Source of the DNA: an uncultured Poribacteria bacterium
GTDB taxonomy: Bacteria; Poribacteria; WGA-4E; WGA-3G
DNA length: 64,000 nt
Reading direction: 5' to 3'
Assembly (NCBI GenBank): GCA_958296135.2
Contig: CATQHZ020000001.1
Coordinates: forward strand, 1,440,001-1,504,000
In this document: positions 8,646-18,736 of the stretch, in pieces
Layout: each line of letters opens with the position of its first letter
Numbering within the stretch: the stretch's first letter is position 1
Program-made: the position numbers and the translations under genes
Notes under the pieces: model-generated
The model's input: the letters and a program-made list of their open reading frames with translations, nothing else
What the model was told of the DNA's origin: nothing
Database searches by the model: none

Positions 8646-9677
8646 ATGAAAACGTTATCAATTATCGCATGTCGTTGGCAAGCCTATCTCGTGATTTGCC
8701 TTATCTGTGCTTTGAGCATCGGATTGGGGTGTGACGATGCCTCAAAACAAGGTGAGACTGTGCGTGAGACAGAGAAGGCGGTGCCGAAACGCCGCTTTAT
8801 CAGCATCGGCACTGCCCCGGTCGGCGGCGCGTTCTTCCCGGTCGGCACTGCGATTGCGGAGGTTGTCGGCAGCAATACTACAGAGAAAAATTGGGAAGTC
8901 ACCGCTGAAGCCACGAAAGGCACGCAAGAGAATATCCGCCGTCTTGCGACCGGCGATTTGGAATTCGCGCTTGCGAATGCTGCGATTTCCTATTTCGCTA
9001 TACGCGGCGAAGGCGCGTGGGAAAAACAACACAACATCCGCGCTGTCATGACGCTCGCGCCGAATGTCGGGCTGTTCATTACGCCACAGTCCTCTGGCAT
9101 CCGGACACTTGGTGCTCTGAAGGGGAAACGCGTCGTCGTCGGCCCCGCCGGTGCTGGCTTTGAGTATTTTTTGAAGCCGGTTTTGGCGGCGCACGGTATC
9201 ACTTATGAAGACTTTACGCCGATTAACAGCACTTACATGGGTGCGGTAGATTTGCTCGCCGATGGTTCCGCCGCCGCGGCGTTCATGGGCGGCGCGATTC
9301 CGACACCTGCAGTGATTCGCGCGGCCGCGGCGCAAGAGCTCTTTTTCATCCCGTTTGACGAGACAGCGAAAGTGACTCTCTTCAACGACTATCCCTTCTT
9401 TCACGCGATAAACGTTCCAGCGGGGACCTATTCGGGACAGACGGACCCGTTTCCGACGATGAACGTTGGCTCGATGCACCTCATCACGTCCGAGACTACC
9501 GATGAGGCCCTGGTCTACCAATTTACGAAGACGTTGTATACGAACGGCGCGGCGGTAGTCAAACGGCACGGCGCGGGCAAGGCGATTAATGCGAAGAACG
9601 TCGTCAAGGATACGGGCACGCCTTTCCATCCGGGTGCGATGCGTTTTTATCAGGAGAGTGGCATCTGGCCTAAATAA
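8646..9677 (+). CDS. TAXI family TRAP transporter solute-binding lipoprotein
   Basis: Lipobox-like 'LGC', 'SIGTAPVGGAFFPVG', 'ATKGTQENIRRL', 'PFHPGAMRFYQE'; SD AGGAG upstream. Confidence 0.9.
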   Translation: MKTLSIIACRWQAYLVICLICALSIGLGCDDASKQGETVRETEKAVPKRRFISIGTAPVGGAFFPVGTAIAEVVGSNTTEKNWEVTAEATKGTQENIRRLATGDLEFALANAAISYFAIRGEGAWEKQHNIRAVMTLAPNVGLFITPQSSGIRTLGALKGKRVVVGPAGAGFEYFLKPVLAAHGITYEDFTPINSTYMGAVDLLADGSAAAAFMGGAIPTPAVIRAAAAQELFFIPFDETAKVTLFNDYPFFHAINVPAGTYSGQTDPFPTMNVGSMHLITSETTDEALVYQFTKTLYTNGAAVVKRHGAGKAINAKNVVKDTGTPFHPGAMRFYQESGIWPK

Positions 9678-9748
9678 TACCAACATCTACCGATTTGTCA
9701 GGGCGGATTTCTATATCCGCCCGCTGCGCGCGACCGGGGGAGCATCGC

Positions 9749-11023
9749 ATGCGTTTCGTTGAAGGTATCGCCATTGGCATCAAGGCACTTTCGCTAAACA
9801 AACTGCGTTCGTTGCTGACGACGCTCGGCATTGTCATCGGCATCGCGGCGGTACTGGCGATGATAGCCATCGGCGATGGCGCGAAACAGATTATCATTCA
9901 AGATCTGGAGAAGATCGGCGGCATGAACACGTTCACCCTGTTACGCATCAATCGTAAGCGAGCGCGCGGTCGCTGGGTGACGTTCCATAGCCGGGAACAC
10001 TTTAACTATGGCGATGTCTTGGCTATTGCGGCAGAATGTCCATCGGTGAGCGTGGTCTCCCCGCGAATCCCGCAGTGGACGCGGGTGCTGATGCAGGCAC
10101 CGGATGGCACGCACACCCGTGCCGGCTATAACGGTGTGGATGCCACCTACACGGCAGCGATGGACTGGGACTTGCAAGCCGGCCGTTTTATCTCCGAGGA
10201 GGACGTTGAGAACGCCACGAAAGTCGCGGTGCTCGGCGCAAATGTCGCCGCTGAGTTGTTCGGCGCAGCGTCGCCGCTTGGAAAAGAGATTAAGATTTCG
10301 CGTGCCAGTGGGCAATACAGGCATCAGCGCGAGCGGTTCACGGTTATCGGCACGCTCGTGCCGCGCGGGCGGAGTTTAAAGTTCGGTTTTAGTTTCGATG
10401 ACTTGGCGTTTCTACCGGTGACCACGGTGCAGCAGCGGTTCACCGGCAACGACCGGATTCCGCAGATTGCGGTGCAGGCGCACACCGTAGCGGATATGCC
10501 CAAGGCGATCGAGGAGGTAAAAACTGTTGTCCAAAAGCGGCACAGAAACGAAGAATTCTTCGGCACTTTTGACGTGCGCGGCGGTGTGCGACAGTTGTCA
10601 AAAATCAGCACTATTATTAAACTTGCGTTAGGGAGCATCGCGGGGTTTTCGCTCCTCGTTGGTGGTATCGGCATTATGAACATGATGCTGGTAGCTGTTG
10701 GGGAGCGGACGCGCGAAATCGGGTTGCGCAAGGCACTCGGCGCGAAACGTTCAGATATTCTGTTGCAATTTTTGAGTGAAGCTGTTATGATGTGTGGTGT
10801 TGGCGGCGTGCTTGGGGTTGGGTGCGGCTTTGTTTTCAGTAAGGCGATGGCGCATCTCGCGGTGCGAATTGTGGAGATAGTGCCCGAGTGGCCAGCGGTT
10901 CTCTCACTGCAGTGGGTGCTGATTTCGGTCTCCTTTTCAGCGTTGCTCGGCATTTGCTTTGGGGTGTATCCGGCGATAAAAGCGATGCGGCTTTCACCTA
11001 TTGAGGCGTTGCGCGCCGAATGA
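9749..11023 (+). CDS. MacB/FtsX-like ABC transporter permease
   Basis: 'RSLLTTLGIVIGIAAV', 'LLVGGIGIMNMMLVAVGERTREIGLRKALGA', 'GVYPA...LSPIEALR'. Confidence 0.9.
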   Translation: MRFVEGIAIGIKALSLNKLRSLLTTLGIVIGIAAVLAMIAIGDGAKQIIIQDLEKIGGMNTFTLLRINRKRARGRWVTFHSREHFNYGDVLAIAAECPSVSVVSPRIPQWTRVLMQAPDGTHTRAGYNGVDATYTAAMDWDLQAGRFISEEDVENATKVAVLGANVAAELFGAASPLGKEIKISRASGQYRHQRERFTVIGTLVPRGRSLKFGFSFDDLAFLPVTTVQQRFTGNDRIPQIAVQAHTVADMPKAIEEVKTVVQKRHRNEEFFGTFDVRGGVRQLSKISTIIKLALGSIAGFSLLVGGIGIMNMMLVAVGERTREIGLRKALGAKRSDILLQFLSEAVMMCGVGGVLGVGCGFVFSKAMAHLAVRIVEIVPEWPAVLSLQWVLISVSFSALLGICFGVYPAIKAMRLSPIEALRAE

Positions 11024-11062
11024 AGAGAAAAATCGCGAAAAAATCATTTTTTGAATAAAAAC

Positions 11063-11091
11063 TTGACAAATGGGTTAAAATGTGGTATCAT
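11063..11091 (+). promoter_or_regulatory. Extended -10 sigma70 promoter of the tRNA pair
   Basis: TTGACA, 17 nt, TATCAT preceded by TGn; AT-rich tract upstream. Confidence 0.75.
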
Positions 11092-11103
11092 ATATAATGC
11101 CAC

Positions 11104-11176
11104 GCCGAGATAGCTCAGTCGGTAGAGCAGTGGACTGAAAATCCACGTGTCGGCAGTTCGATTCTGCCTCTCGGCA
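11104..11176 (+). tRNA. tRNA-Phe (GAA)
   Basis: Cloverleaf GCCGAGA...TCTCGGC-A, anticodon loop CT-GAA-AA, T-loop GTTCGATTC. Confidence 0.97.
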
Positions 11177-11182
11177 TTTTTC

Positions 11183-11254
11183 GCCGGTGTAGCTCAGTGG
11201 AAGAGCAACTGATTCGTAATCAGTAGGTCGGAGGTTCAAATCCTCTCATCGGCT
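11183..11254 (+). tRNA. tRNA-Thr (CGT)
   Basis: GCCGGTG...CATCGGC-T, anticodon arm ACTGA-TTCGTAA-TCAGT, GTTCAAATC. Confidence 0.95.
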
Positions 11255-11445
11255 TTTTCTTTTTTATTCGCCTCAAACAACGAATAGTGCTTTGTCCAAA
11301 TCGAAATCTCCGGGACAGGATTTTCCCTTTCGCGGAAAACCGGGTCAAGTTCAGGCGAGCTGGTTTCCTTACACGGCCGGGGGATAACCTGAAAAATCAA
11401 ACCGAATACTGCAGGAGCAGCCGGTGGAGAAAAAGAGGTAAAAAA

Positions 11446-11763
11446 ATGGATTTATTCAAACGTGGTAAGGTTCACAACGGCACTCTTGTCTTCTCAAAAC
11501 CTTTGTCCCTCCCGGAAGGTGCCGAAGTGATTGTGCGCGTAATCCCTGTTGGAAATGGCGACGAGTGCACAACGGCCGATGCGTCCGAGGAATTGACTGC
11601 TGTCTCTATCGGGCAAGACGAAACGTCCGAGGATGAACAGGAAGACCTGCTGTCTCTGCCTTTCTTTGGTATGTGGGCAGACCGGGAGGATATGCAGGAC
11701 AGTGTTGCCTGGGTGCGGAGGCAGAGAAGCGGATGGAATCATCGCCACAAGCGCGAAGCATAG
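11446..11763 (+). CDS. Antitoxin (DUF104/AbrB-like N-terminus, acidic C-terminus)
   Basis: 'GKVHNGTLVFSKPLSLPEGAEVIV' and 'FFGMWADREDMQDSVAWVRRQR'; overlaps the downstream PIN gene; SD GAGGT. Confidence 0.7.
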   Translation: MDLFKRGKVHNGTLVFSKPLSLPEGAEVIVRVIPVGNGDECTTADASEELTAVSIGQDETSEDEQEDLLSLPFFGMWADREDMQDSVAWVRRQRSGWNHRHKREA

Positions 11764-12131
11764 TTGATACCGATATTCTTATCGATGCTACAAAGCGGCG
11801 CGTAGATGCCACCACCTTTTTGGCAGGACAACAGGGAGCGGAGATCCAGATTAGCATTGTTTCTGCAATGGAAGTCGTCACCGGTTGTCGCGATAAAGCT
11901 GAGTTGGTTCAGACACAGAAGTTCCTTCAACGTTGCACCATTTTGCCGGTAAGTGAGACTGCTTCGCAAATTGGCTATCAACTCGTTGAATTGTTCGCGC
12001 TCAGCCATGGGATGGAGATTGCAGACGCGCTTATTGCGGCAACGGCTTTGGAGCGGGAATTGACGCTCTACTCCAAGAATATTCGTCACTTTCGGATGAT
12101 TCCGGAATTAACGGTAATTCGGCCTTACTGA
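11733..12131 (+). CDS. vapC: VapC-family PIN domain toxin
   Basis: 'IVDTDILID', 'ISIVSAMEV', 'IADALIAATAL', 'YSKNIRHF'. Confidence 0.9.
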   Translation: MESSPQARSIVDTDILIDATKRRVDATTFLAGQQGAEIQISIVSAMEVVTGCRDKAELVQTQKFLQRCTILPVSETASQIGYQLVELFALSHGMEIADALIAATALERELTLYSKNIRHFRMIPELTVIRPY

Positions 12132-12201
12132 ATTAACCAGAAAAGATGAGTTTAGGGCGGATATAGCAATCCGCCCTTACGATTAAATGGCCGGGATTGC
12201 C

Positions 12202-13706
12202 TCAAAAATAGGTCTGCTCCCCGCTGTAGTGCCGCGCTGCTTTCGGCCGTTCGTCGATTTGCCACGGTAAATTGACTGGCACCGTGCCTTCCTCGAAGTA
12301 GTTGTCCGTTACTTGCCAGAACTGCAAGCGCGGATAGCGTTTCCCGTTATGCTCAATAAAGCCTTCCTCTTCCGCGAGGTTGCGCATGCCTCGCGTGACT
12401 TCGTGCAAGGTGATGAAAATGCCTATCGCCGCGTCGTTGTCTCGCATCGCTGTGCGGAAGGCGCGCACCTGATTCGGAGTCAGACTCCTCCCCGATTTTA
12501 CTTCGGCGATGACGGGCAGTTTCGTCTGTGCTGTCTCGGCGAGGTGCCTGTTTTCCCATAGCGTAATCTTCCCCGTGCCATCAAACCCGCCATCCTTGCT
12601 GTTCGGGGTGGGCGCGAGCCCTAATCGGGTGACAGCCCAGTTTGCAAAGTCGTTCGGGTTTCGCTCGGCGAGGAGAAGCGCGTCCTGATGCGTTGTCGGA
12701 TACCCCTCAATACGATAGTCCATTTTAGGGACAAGCCCGTGTCGTTCGCGCAGCCGCCGCTCCATCGGTTCTAACGCGAGCACCGTCAGATCGATGCCTA
12801 CCCAACGCCGTTTGAGTCCATGCGCGGCATCTAACGCTGTGCCGCAGCCACAAAACGGATCGAAGACGATGTCGCCGGGGTTGGAGGCGGCTTTGATGAT
12901 ACGCTCCAACAATTTCAGCGGTTTCTGCGTCGGGTAACCGAGAGATTCTTTGGAATTCCGCTTGATAATTGGAAGTTTCCAAACATCCTCTGGGATTTTT
13001 CCGACCTTTGCCGATTTGCCACCGACATAACTTTTTCCGCCGATGACTCTCGCGCTTTTGTAGCGTTCTTTAGAGGCTGCCAGAATAGGAACGCGAACCT
13101 CCTCGGAATTAAACGTCCACTCTTTTGGGGATTTTGTATACCATAGAATGACATCGTGCTTCCGGGGAAACCATCTCGTTGCGCGCCCCGGGGCATCATC
13201 ATAAAACCAGACAATTTCGTTCCGGAAATTCGCCGTGCCGAAAATCGCGTCCATCATGCACTTCAGGTAATGACTCGCGTGCGGGTCGCAGTGTAGAAAA
13301 ACGCTCCCCATCGGTGTCAGCAACCGCCAGATCTCTGCCAACCGCGGTGCCATGAATGCCAAATAGGCGCGCATCGATTCTTCTACCTTACTGCCCCCCC
13401 CCTTAACCAATAGTTAAATCCTGACAAGCAATCTGATAAATTGTCCATGGTTTCAACGAGTTCGGGGTGCCGTCCATCGTAGTGAAGGACGGCGGCTTGG
13501 TTTTCGCGCGCGGCATCGTCCCATCGCCAGATGTCGTCAAACGCTTTGCGTTGCGCTTTGGATCCGATGAGGAAGATGTTATAGTTGCGGCCGCTGTTGT
13601 AAGGCGGATCGAGGTAACATATATGGTAACTACCCGTTTGCATCTCTCGCATGACGTTGAGGTTGTCGCCAAAATAGAGTGCGCCGGGGTAGGGTTGTAG
13701 TGTCAT
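12202..13706 (-). pseudogene. Beta-class N6/N4 DNA methyltransferase with C-terminal Mrr-like endonuclease domain, frameshifted at a G9 tract (13394-13402)
   Basis: ORF 13383-13706 carries 'YFGDNL' and 'YLDPPYNS'; ORF 12202-13410 carries 'FRNEIVW', 'GYPTQKP', 'DPFCGCGT' and 'DGGFDG...AEVKSG'; the two frames overlap at the homopolymer. Confidence 0.85.
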
Positions 13707-13714
13707 GAGGGCTC

Positions 13715-14779
13715 CTATTCTAATTCGTTCCCCAGGTCTTCTTCAAGCGATTTGATATTCGCCAAGACTGTGGGGTGCGGTTCAAGTTCATAGACTTTTC
13801 GGTACATTTTGAGTGCGTTTGCCGTATCGTCAAGGAAACCGGCATAGATTTCGCCCATCCGTTCCCAGGCGCGGACTTCGCCCGGGTCGAGTTGCACAAT
13901 TCGTTCGTAGACTTCAAGTGCGTCGGCGTAGGGGCGTGTTTCCGCCTCGCGTTCGAGTCCGGCGGCGCGGGCGAAGAGCAGCCGAATCAGGTCATCGCTG
14001 ATTTCGTTGAGTTCCGGATGCTTTGCATAAGCCTCTTCCAAGAGGAGGATAGCTTGCGATTCAAGCCGTGTAATCTCCGCCATATCTTCACTAGTGAACT
14101 CCCGGTCAAGGAATTGGTAGTTTTGAAGCATTCGGCTATAGGTTCGGGACAGTTGCAGTCGGGCGAGAATTCCGATGGGTGCTTTTTCGGATGGGATTTC
14201 CTGCATCCTCGGGTCGCTTTCAATTGCCTTTGCGTAGTGCGCGGTCGCCTCCTGAAACTGCTTGCTTGCCTGATAAAGGACTCCAAGCAGGTAGTGTGCT
14301 TCTGCGTTATCGGGATTTTTCTTCAGTACTGCCAAGAATTGCTGGGCGGCTTCGGCGGGCAGGCCTTCGTCTCGATAGAGTTTGCCGCGTAAGAGCCGCA
14401 CGCCTTCATGCTCGGAGTCGAGGCGTTCGGCGTATTCCAAGCGTGCCTTCGCGTCCTTCAGCCAGTTGCTTTGTGAGTAGATTCCGGCGATGCGGAGATT
14501 TGCGTGTACGCGGGTAGCGATGTTCTCTGGATGTGCGTCGTCTTCGAGTACCTGAAGTGCCTGCCAATAGAGGAGGGCTGCGCCAACCATGTCGTGCTGC
14601 TCAAAGCGTGCGTCTGCGTTCTCAATGAGGGTTTCAACTTGAGAAATCGGTGACGATTCCGGTTCGGCACCGCCTCTGCGGATGAGCAGTGCGGCTAACA
14701 CGACAAAGGCGATGATTGCGAGCCCTTCTGCATAGAAAAGCCAGCGGTGCAGCCGGCGCGGTGAAAGTGATTGGATCAT
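13715..14779 (-). CDS. Membrane-anchored TPR protein
   Basis: N-terminal TM helix; TPRs such as 'AEAHYLLGVLYQASKQFQEATAHYAKAIESDP'. Confidence 0.85.
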   Translation of the reverse strand: MIQSLSPRRLHRWLFYAEGLAIIAFVVLAALLIRRGGAEPESSPISQVETLIENADARFEQHDMVGAALLYWQALQVLEDDAHPENIATRVHANLRIAGIYSQSNWLKDAKARLEYAERLDSEHEGVRLLRGKLYRDEGLPAEAAQQFLAVLKKNPDNAEAHYLLGVLYQASKQFQEATAHYAKAIESDPRMQEIPSEKAPIGILARLQLSRTYSRMLQNYQFLDREFTSEDMAEITRLESQAILLLEEAYAKHPELNEISDDLIRLLFARAAGLEREAETRPYADALEVYERIVQLDPGEVRAWERMGEIYAGFLDDTANALKMYRKVYELEPHPTVLANIKSLEEDLGNELE

Positions 14780-14941
14780 GTGAGTCTGTTTACCTCCAGA
14801 GTGATTCTGTTTTCCCTTTCTGTTGTTTGAGAGCGTCTGAAGTTCTGGAAACCTCTAGGTTTCCAAGCGTTCTCAACCAGATTAAAAGATCTGATGAGGT
14901 TTCAAGAAAGAAACGGAGAATTCCGGGGCAGCGGAACCCCA

Positions 14942-14966
14942 GTAGGAGAGACCTCCCGGTCTCGAT
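14942..14966 (+). repeat. Family-E REP-like element (intergenic reference copy)
   Basis: gtaggagagacctcccggtctcgat; reverse complement is identical to a unit at 47045-47069 inside the methylase. Confidence 0.88.
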
Positions 14967-15037
14967 GCGCACCCTATCGGGACGCGGTTGCCCATTTTTA
15001 TTTTGGCAGCGAGAACCGAAAACGAAATGGCTCTGCT

Positions 15038-16876
15038 TTACCTCCGCTGTTCGATTTCCTCAAGGATAGTGAGCATTTCCTCCGGTCCGACGAACCCGGT
15101 GAGTCGCTTGAGGATAGTGCCTTCTGCATCCATGAAAATGACAACGGGCAATCCGGGAATCTGATACTTTTCGGTCAGTGCCTTTGTCGTTGGGGAGCTG
15201 CGGGTGAAATCGAGTTTAACGTTGACGTAGTTGTCAAGTTTGGCCGCGACCTTCGGTTCTGCGTAGGTTTTGTGGTCCAACTCGTTGCAGGCGGCGCACC
15301 AAGAGGCGTAAAAGTCAAGCATCAGCAATTTGTCCTCGCGCTTGGCAATTTCCAGTCCTGCGGTTTCGTTGTTTACCCAATCAAGTTGCGGTCCCGCGGG
15401 TTGCTGCAGTCCGCCGACAACCATATACGCGCCTAGGACAGTGAGCAACACGCCGCAGGCTTTTCGGAATTGCATAGGGCGCGGGATGCTATTGAAACGT
15501 TCATTCAACTTGCTCAGCCAGAGTCCGCCGATGATGAGTCCGCCGGCAATTGCAAAGAATTGTGGTGAATTTTGCAGGAACGCTTGGAACGGTTCTACGA
15601 CATCTTTGAGGAAGTAGAGTGCCAGTGTGATAATTGCGATGCCGAAAATGTTTTCCAGCACATACATCCATCCGCCGGAACGTGGTAGTGCGGAGAGTAG
15701 CCCGGAAAAAGTGCCGATACCGATAAATAGCAACCCCATGCCGAGTGCATAGGTGAACATCAGCCAAAATCCGAGGAAGAGGCTCCCCGTTGTCGCGATG
15801 TAGGTTAGAACGACAGCGAGGGCAGGGCCCGTGCAAGGCGCGGCGATGACACCGGCGACGGTGCCCATGGCGAACGCGCCGGCGAATCCGGCACCGCCGA
15901 CGGTGTTGAGGCGATTCTGGAGCGCATACGGCACGCGGATTTCAAAAACGCCGAGCATAGACAGCCCAAGCGAAACGAGAATTAGGCTGATAAACCCGAC
16001 AACCCACGGGTTCGCCATAATCTGACCGAAGACTGCACCCGTTGATGCTACAGCAACGCCTAATATTGAATAGGTAACGACGATTCCGAGCACATAGACG
16101 ACAGAAAGCAGCAGAGATTTGAGGAAACCGGCGGACTCATTCGCGCCGAAAATGGAGACGGTTATCGGGATGAGTGGATAAACGCACGGTGTCAAACTGG
16201 TAAGGATGCCGCCGACGAACACAATCAAGAACGCGAGCCAGAGTTGTCCACCGGAGATGGCACGCGCGAGTGCCCCTTCATCTTCGCCTGATTTGGATGG
16301 AGCATCGAATACGATGTTCGCGAAAATCGCATCGTTTATCGGTTGAACGGTTTCCTCCATGCCGACAACCGTGAGCGGTATCGCGATGGAGAGTTCTTTA
16401 GGTAACAGGCATACGGCATCGTTACACGCCTGATAGCGCAGTTTGAGCCCCAACGTCATCGGTTGAATGGGTGCGGTTTGGAGCAAATCTGCGTGAATTC
16501 CGATGGTGATAGTGTCGTGATAAAGCGGCACAATCCCCAGCGAGGCGAGGTTCATCACCTCACCGTCGGGATAGACAACTTCACCGAAGGTGACGTTCGG
16601 CGTGTTCTCTGGCAGGAGCACCTCTGTCGCGATAAGATTCTCGCCGGCAGGGTTGGCGTTGATGTGCCACTCTTCGTCAATTTCCACGACGATGGCGATT
16701 TGGAATTGACTGCCGGGGTGCACTTTGTCTACCGAGAGGTATCCGTCCGCTCGGATTTTAGACTCAGGTGCGGTTCCGGTGAGACTAAAATCTCCGAGTT
16801 GTCCCCAGGCGTTGAACGAAATAGCCGTGGCGAGCATCATGAACAGCATCAAACTCCGATGTGTCGGCATTCTCAT
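15038..16876 (-). CDS. dsbD: Thiol:disulfide interchange protein DsbD
   Basis: 'YQACNDAVCL' (alpha domain), 'LTPCVYP' and 'AAPCTGP' (TM domain), 'DFYASWCAAC' (thioredoxin domain). Confidence 0.92.
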   Translation of the reverse strand: MRMPTHRSLMLFMMLATAISFNAWGQLGDFSLTGTAPESKIRADGYLSVDKVHPGSQFQIAIVVEIDEEWHINANPAGENLIATEVLLPENTPNVTFGEVVYPDGEVMNLASLGIVPLYHDTITIGIHADLLQTAPIQPMTLGLKLRYQACNDAVCLLPKELSIAIPLTVVGMEETVQPINDAIFANIVFDAPSKSGEDEGALARAISGGQLWLAFLIVFVGGILTSLTPCVYPLIPITVSIFGANESAGFLKSLLLSVVYVLGIVVTYSILGVAVASTGAVFGQIMANPWVVGFISLILVSLGLSMLGVFEIRVPYALQNRLNTVGGAGFAGAFAMGTVAGVIAAPCTGPALAVVLTYIATTGSLFLGFWLMFTYALGMGLLFIGIGTFSGLLSALPRSGGWMYVLENIFGIAIITLALYFLKDVVEPFQAFLQNSPQFFAIAGGLIIGGLWLSKLNERFNSIPRPMQFRKACGVLLTVLGAYMVVGGLQQPAGPQLDWVNNETAGLEIAKREDKLLMLDFYASWCAACNELDHKTYAEPKVAAKLDNYVNVKLDFTRSSPTTKALTEKYQIPGLPVVIFMDAEGTILKRLTGFVGPEEMLTILEEIEQRR

Positions 16877-16979
16877 TAGGTTCTCCTCATTTTCTGCGGA
16901 CTATCTGCGGTAGGCGAGTTTTGAAAGCGCGCCTACCGGGGTTGTTTCTCCGTAAGGCATGGAACGCATTGGCTCGGGC

Positions 16980-18623
16980 CTAACGGTGTTTTGTCTTCGG
17001 TTCAAGCACAACGCACGGCAAGATCATCTCTTCGAGTGAGATGCCGCCGTGTTGGAAGCTGCCGAGGAAGCGTTCCTGATAGTCCTTAAACTGCGGTTCG
17101 TAAACGAAATAGTGTTCTTCTTTGGCGGCGATGTAGTGCTTCCCTTCTGCTTCGCCGGGTAACTGATACGCCGCCGGGTTTTTTATCAGCATGCTGGCTT
17201 CGGGTGCGCATTGGATATTTTTCCCCTCTTTGAACCTGAGCCCGGCGGTGAGTTTGTGTCGGCTTGATATTTTCGCGGCGTTTTGACACAGCACTGAACC
17301 GTGGTCGGAAGTTAAGACGACAGTGATGCCGCGTTCCGCCACCATTCGTAGCATTCTGTAAAGCGATGAATGCTGAAACCACGCTTGTATGAGTGTCCGG
17401 AACGCTGCTTCATCAGGGATAAGCTGCTGCAGCACCGCTACTTCACTGCGGGTGTGTGTCAACATATCCAAGAAATCGACGACTAACGCCGCGAGGCTAA
17501 TCTGTTGGACCTCGGTTAGCCAGTCAAGGTAGTGCTTCTCCCCGCGCGCGTCAAAAATTTTGAAGTAGTGCGGCGGAGGTTTGAGCAGTATGCCGTGCCG
17601 TTCTAGTTGCAAGCGCATGAGCTCCTTCTCATAGCGGTTTGTGCTGATTTGCGGTTCAGGCGAAGCGGGTGCTTCGCGCGATTCGTCCCGGCACAACTCT
17701 GGGTGCCTCTCCACCAATTCAAGCGGAAACAGTCCACTGAAAATGGCGTTCCGCGCGTAACGGGTGGCAGTCGGCACGATGGAGTAGTAGTAATCTTTCG
17801 TGATGTGAAACATCGGATAGAGCATCGGTTCAATTTTCAGCCACTGATCCAAGCGCATGCAGTCGATAATAACGAACAGCACCTGTTTGCCGGCTTGGAT
17901 TTGGGGGAGGACCGACTTGTAAAAGACATCCACGGATAAGGTGGGTGAATCTTCGCCGGCGAGCCAGTGAGTGTAAGTGTTTTGAATATAGTCGGCGAAC
18001 GCGATGTTTGCCTCGCGCTGCTCTATGGCATGGATGGCCTTGAGTTCGTCCGCGTTTTGAAGCGCGTCCAATTTGAGTTCCCACTCCACGAGATGGACGT
18101 AAGTATCCACCCATTCGTGCCAGGTGCTGCGCTGCGGTTGTTTTGAAGTCGGCGCGTTTTGTTCGTGCAATAGGATTGGGGGCCGCACGCCTGCATGCTG
18201 TCTCTGAAAATCGTTGGCGTATGCTTGCGGTGTGTGTGCCTCGCGCATCGTCTCCTTTTCAAGCAGGAACGTGAGGGCGGCCGCGAGTTGCTTAGGGCTC
18301 CCCGGCCTAAATAGCACTTCGTCAGCCTCGTGTAGGCTGGCGTGCAACCTTGCACCGTTTTCGCCTTCGTCCGTTATGAGGACGATAGGAATGTGCGCGT
18401 CTTCCCGCCGGATGTGTGAGAGCAGCTGGTTCCCGTTTTGCGTCGGTATCTCGGGATTCAGCAGCACCGCGTCATACATCCAATCCTTGAGCAAATCGAT
18501 GCCTTCTTCGGCGTTGTCTGTCAAGGAGACATCATACCCTTCGTATGCTAAAAATCGGACGTAGGGTTTCAGTTCAGAAATCACGTTATCAATCCACAGA
18601 ATCCTTCCTCTTTTTTCTTTCAT
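16980..18623 (-). CDS. PorX-like receiver + PglZ (alkaline-phosphatase superfamily) protein
   Basis: N-terminal receiver-like fold; PglZ motifs 'IIDCMRLDQW', 'SIVPTATRYARNAIFSG', 'DFLDMLTH', 'TSDHG', 'FQHGGISLEEM'. Confidence 0.85.
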   Translation of the reverse strand: MKEKRGRILWIDNVISELKPYVRFLAYEGYDVSLTDNAEEGIDLLKDWMYDAVLLNPEIPTQNGNQLLSHIRREDAHIPIVLITDEGENGARLHASLHEADEVLFRPGSPKQLAAALTFLLEKETMREAHTPQAYANDFQRQHAGVRPPILLHEQNAPTSKQPQRSTWHEWVDTYVHLVEWELKLDALQNADELKAIHAIEQREANIAFADYIQNTYTHWLAGEDSPTLSVDVFYKSVLPQIQAGKQVLFVIIDCMRLDQWLKIEPMLYPMFHITKDYYYSIVPTATRYARNAIFSGLFPLELVERHPELCRDESREAPASPEPQISTNRYEKELMRLQLERHGILLKPPPHYFKIFDARGEKHYLDWLTEVQQISLAALVVDFLDMLTHTRSEVAVLQQLIPDEAAFRTLIQAWFQHSSLYRMLRMVAERGITVVLTSDHGSVLCQNAAKISSRHKLTAGLRFKEGKNIQCAPEASMLIKNPAAYQLPGEAEGKHYIAAKEEHYFVYEPQFKDYQERFLGSFQHGGISLEEMILPCVVLEPKTKHR

Positions 18624-18736
18624 GATAGTTCTCCTTTCTTTTTACTGCCTCGCGTTTGACAGCGTCAAGGCTGGCACGGGAGCGTTCTCTGCGCAATGAT
18701 TATGAATTGTAAGGGCGGATTTTTATCTCTGTCCGT

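Noticed and set aside
8742-9686. Long antisense ORFs (this 314-aa one, 2005-2745 and many others)
   Set aside because: Shadow ORFs opposite well-supported genes in GC-rich DNA, with no recognisable motifs.
11255-13706. Integrative element at tRNA-Thr
   Set aside because: No integrase and no duplicated tRNA 3' end (att site) seen; treated only as an accessory block.
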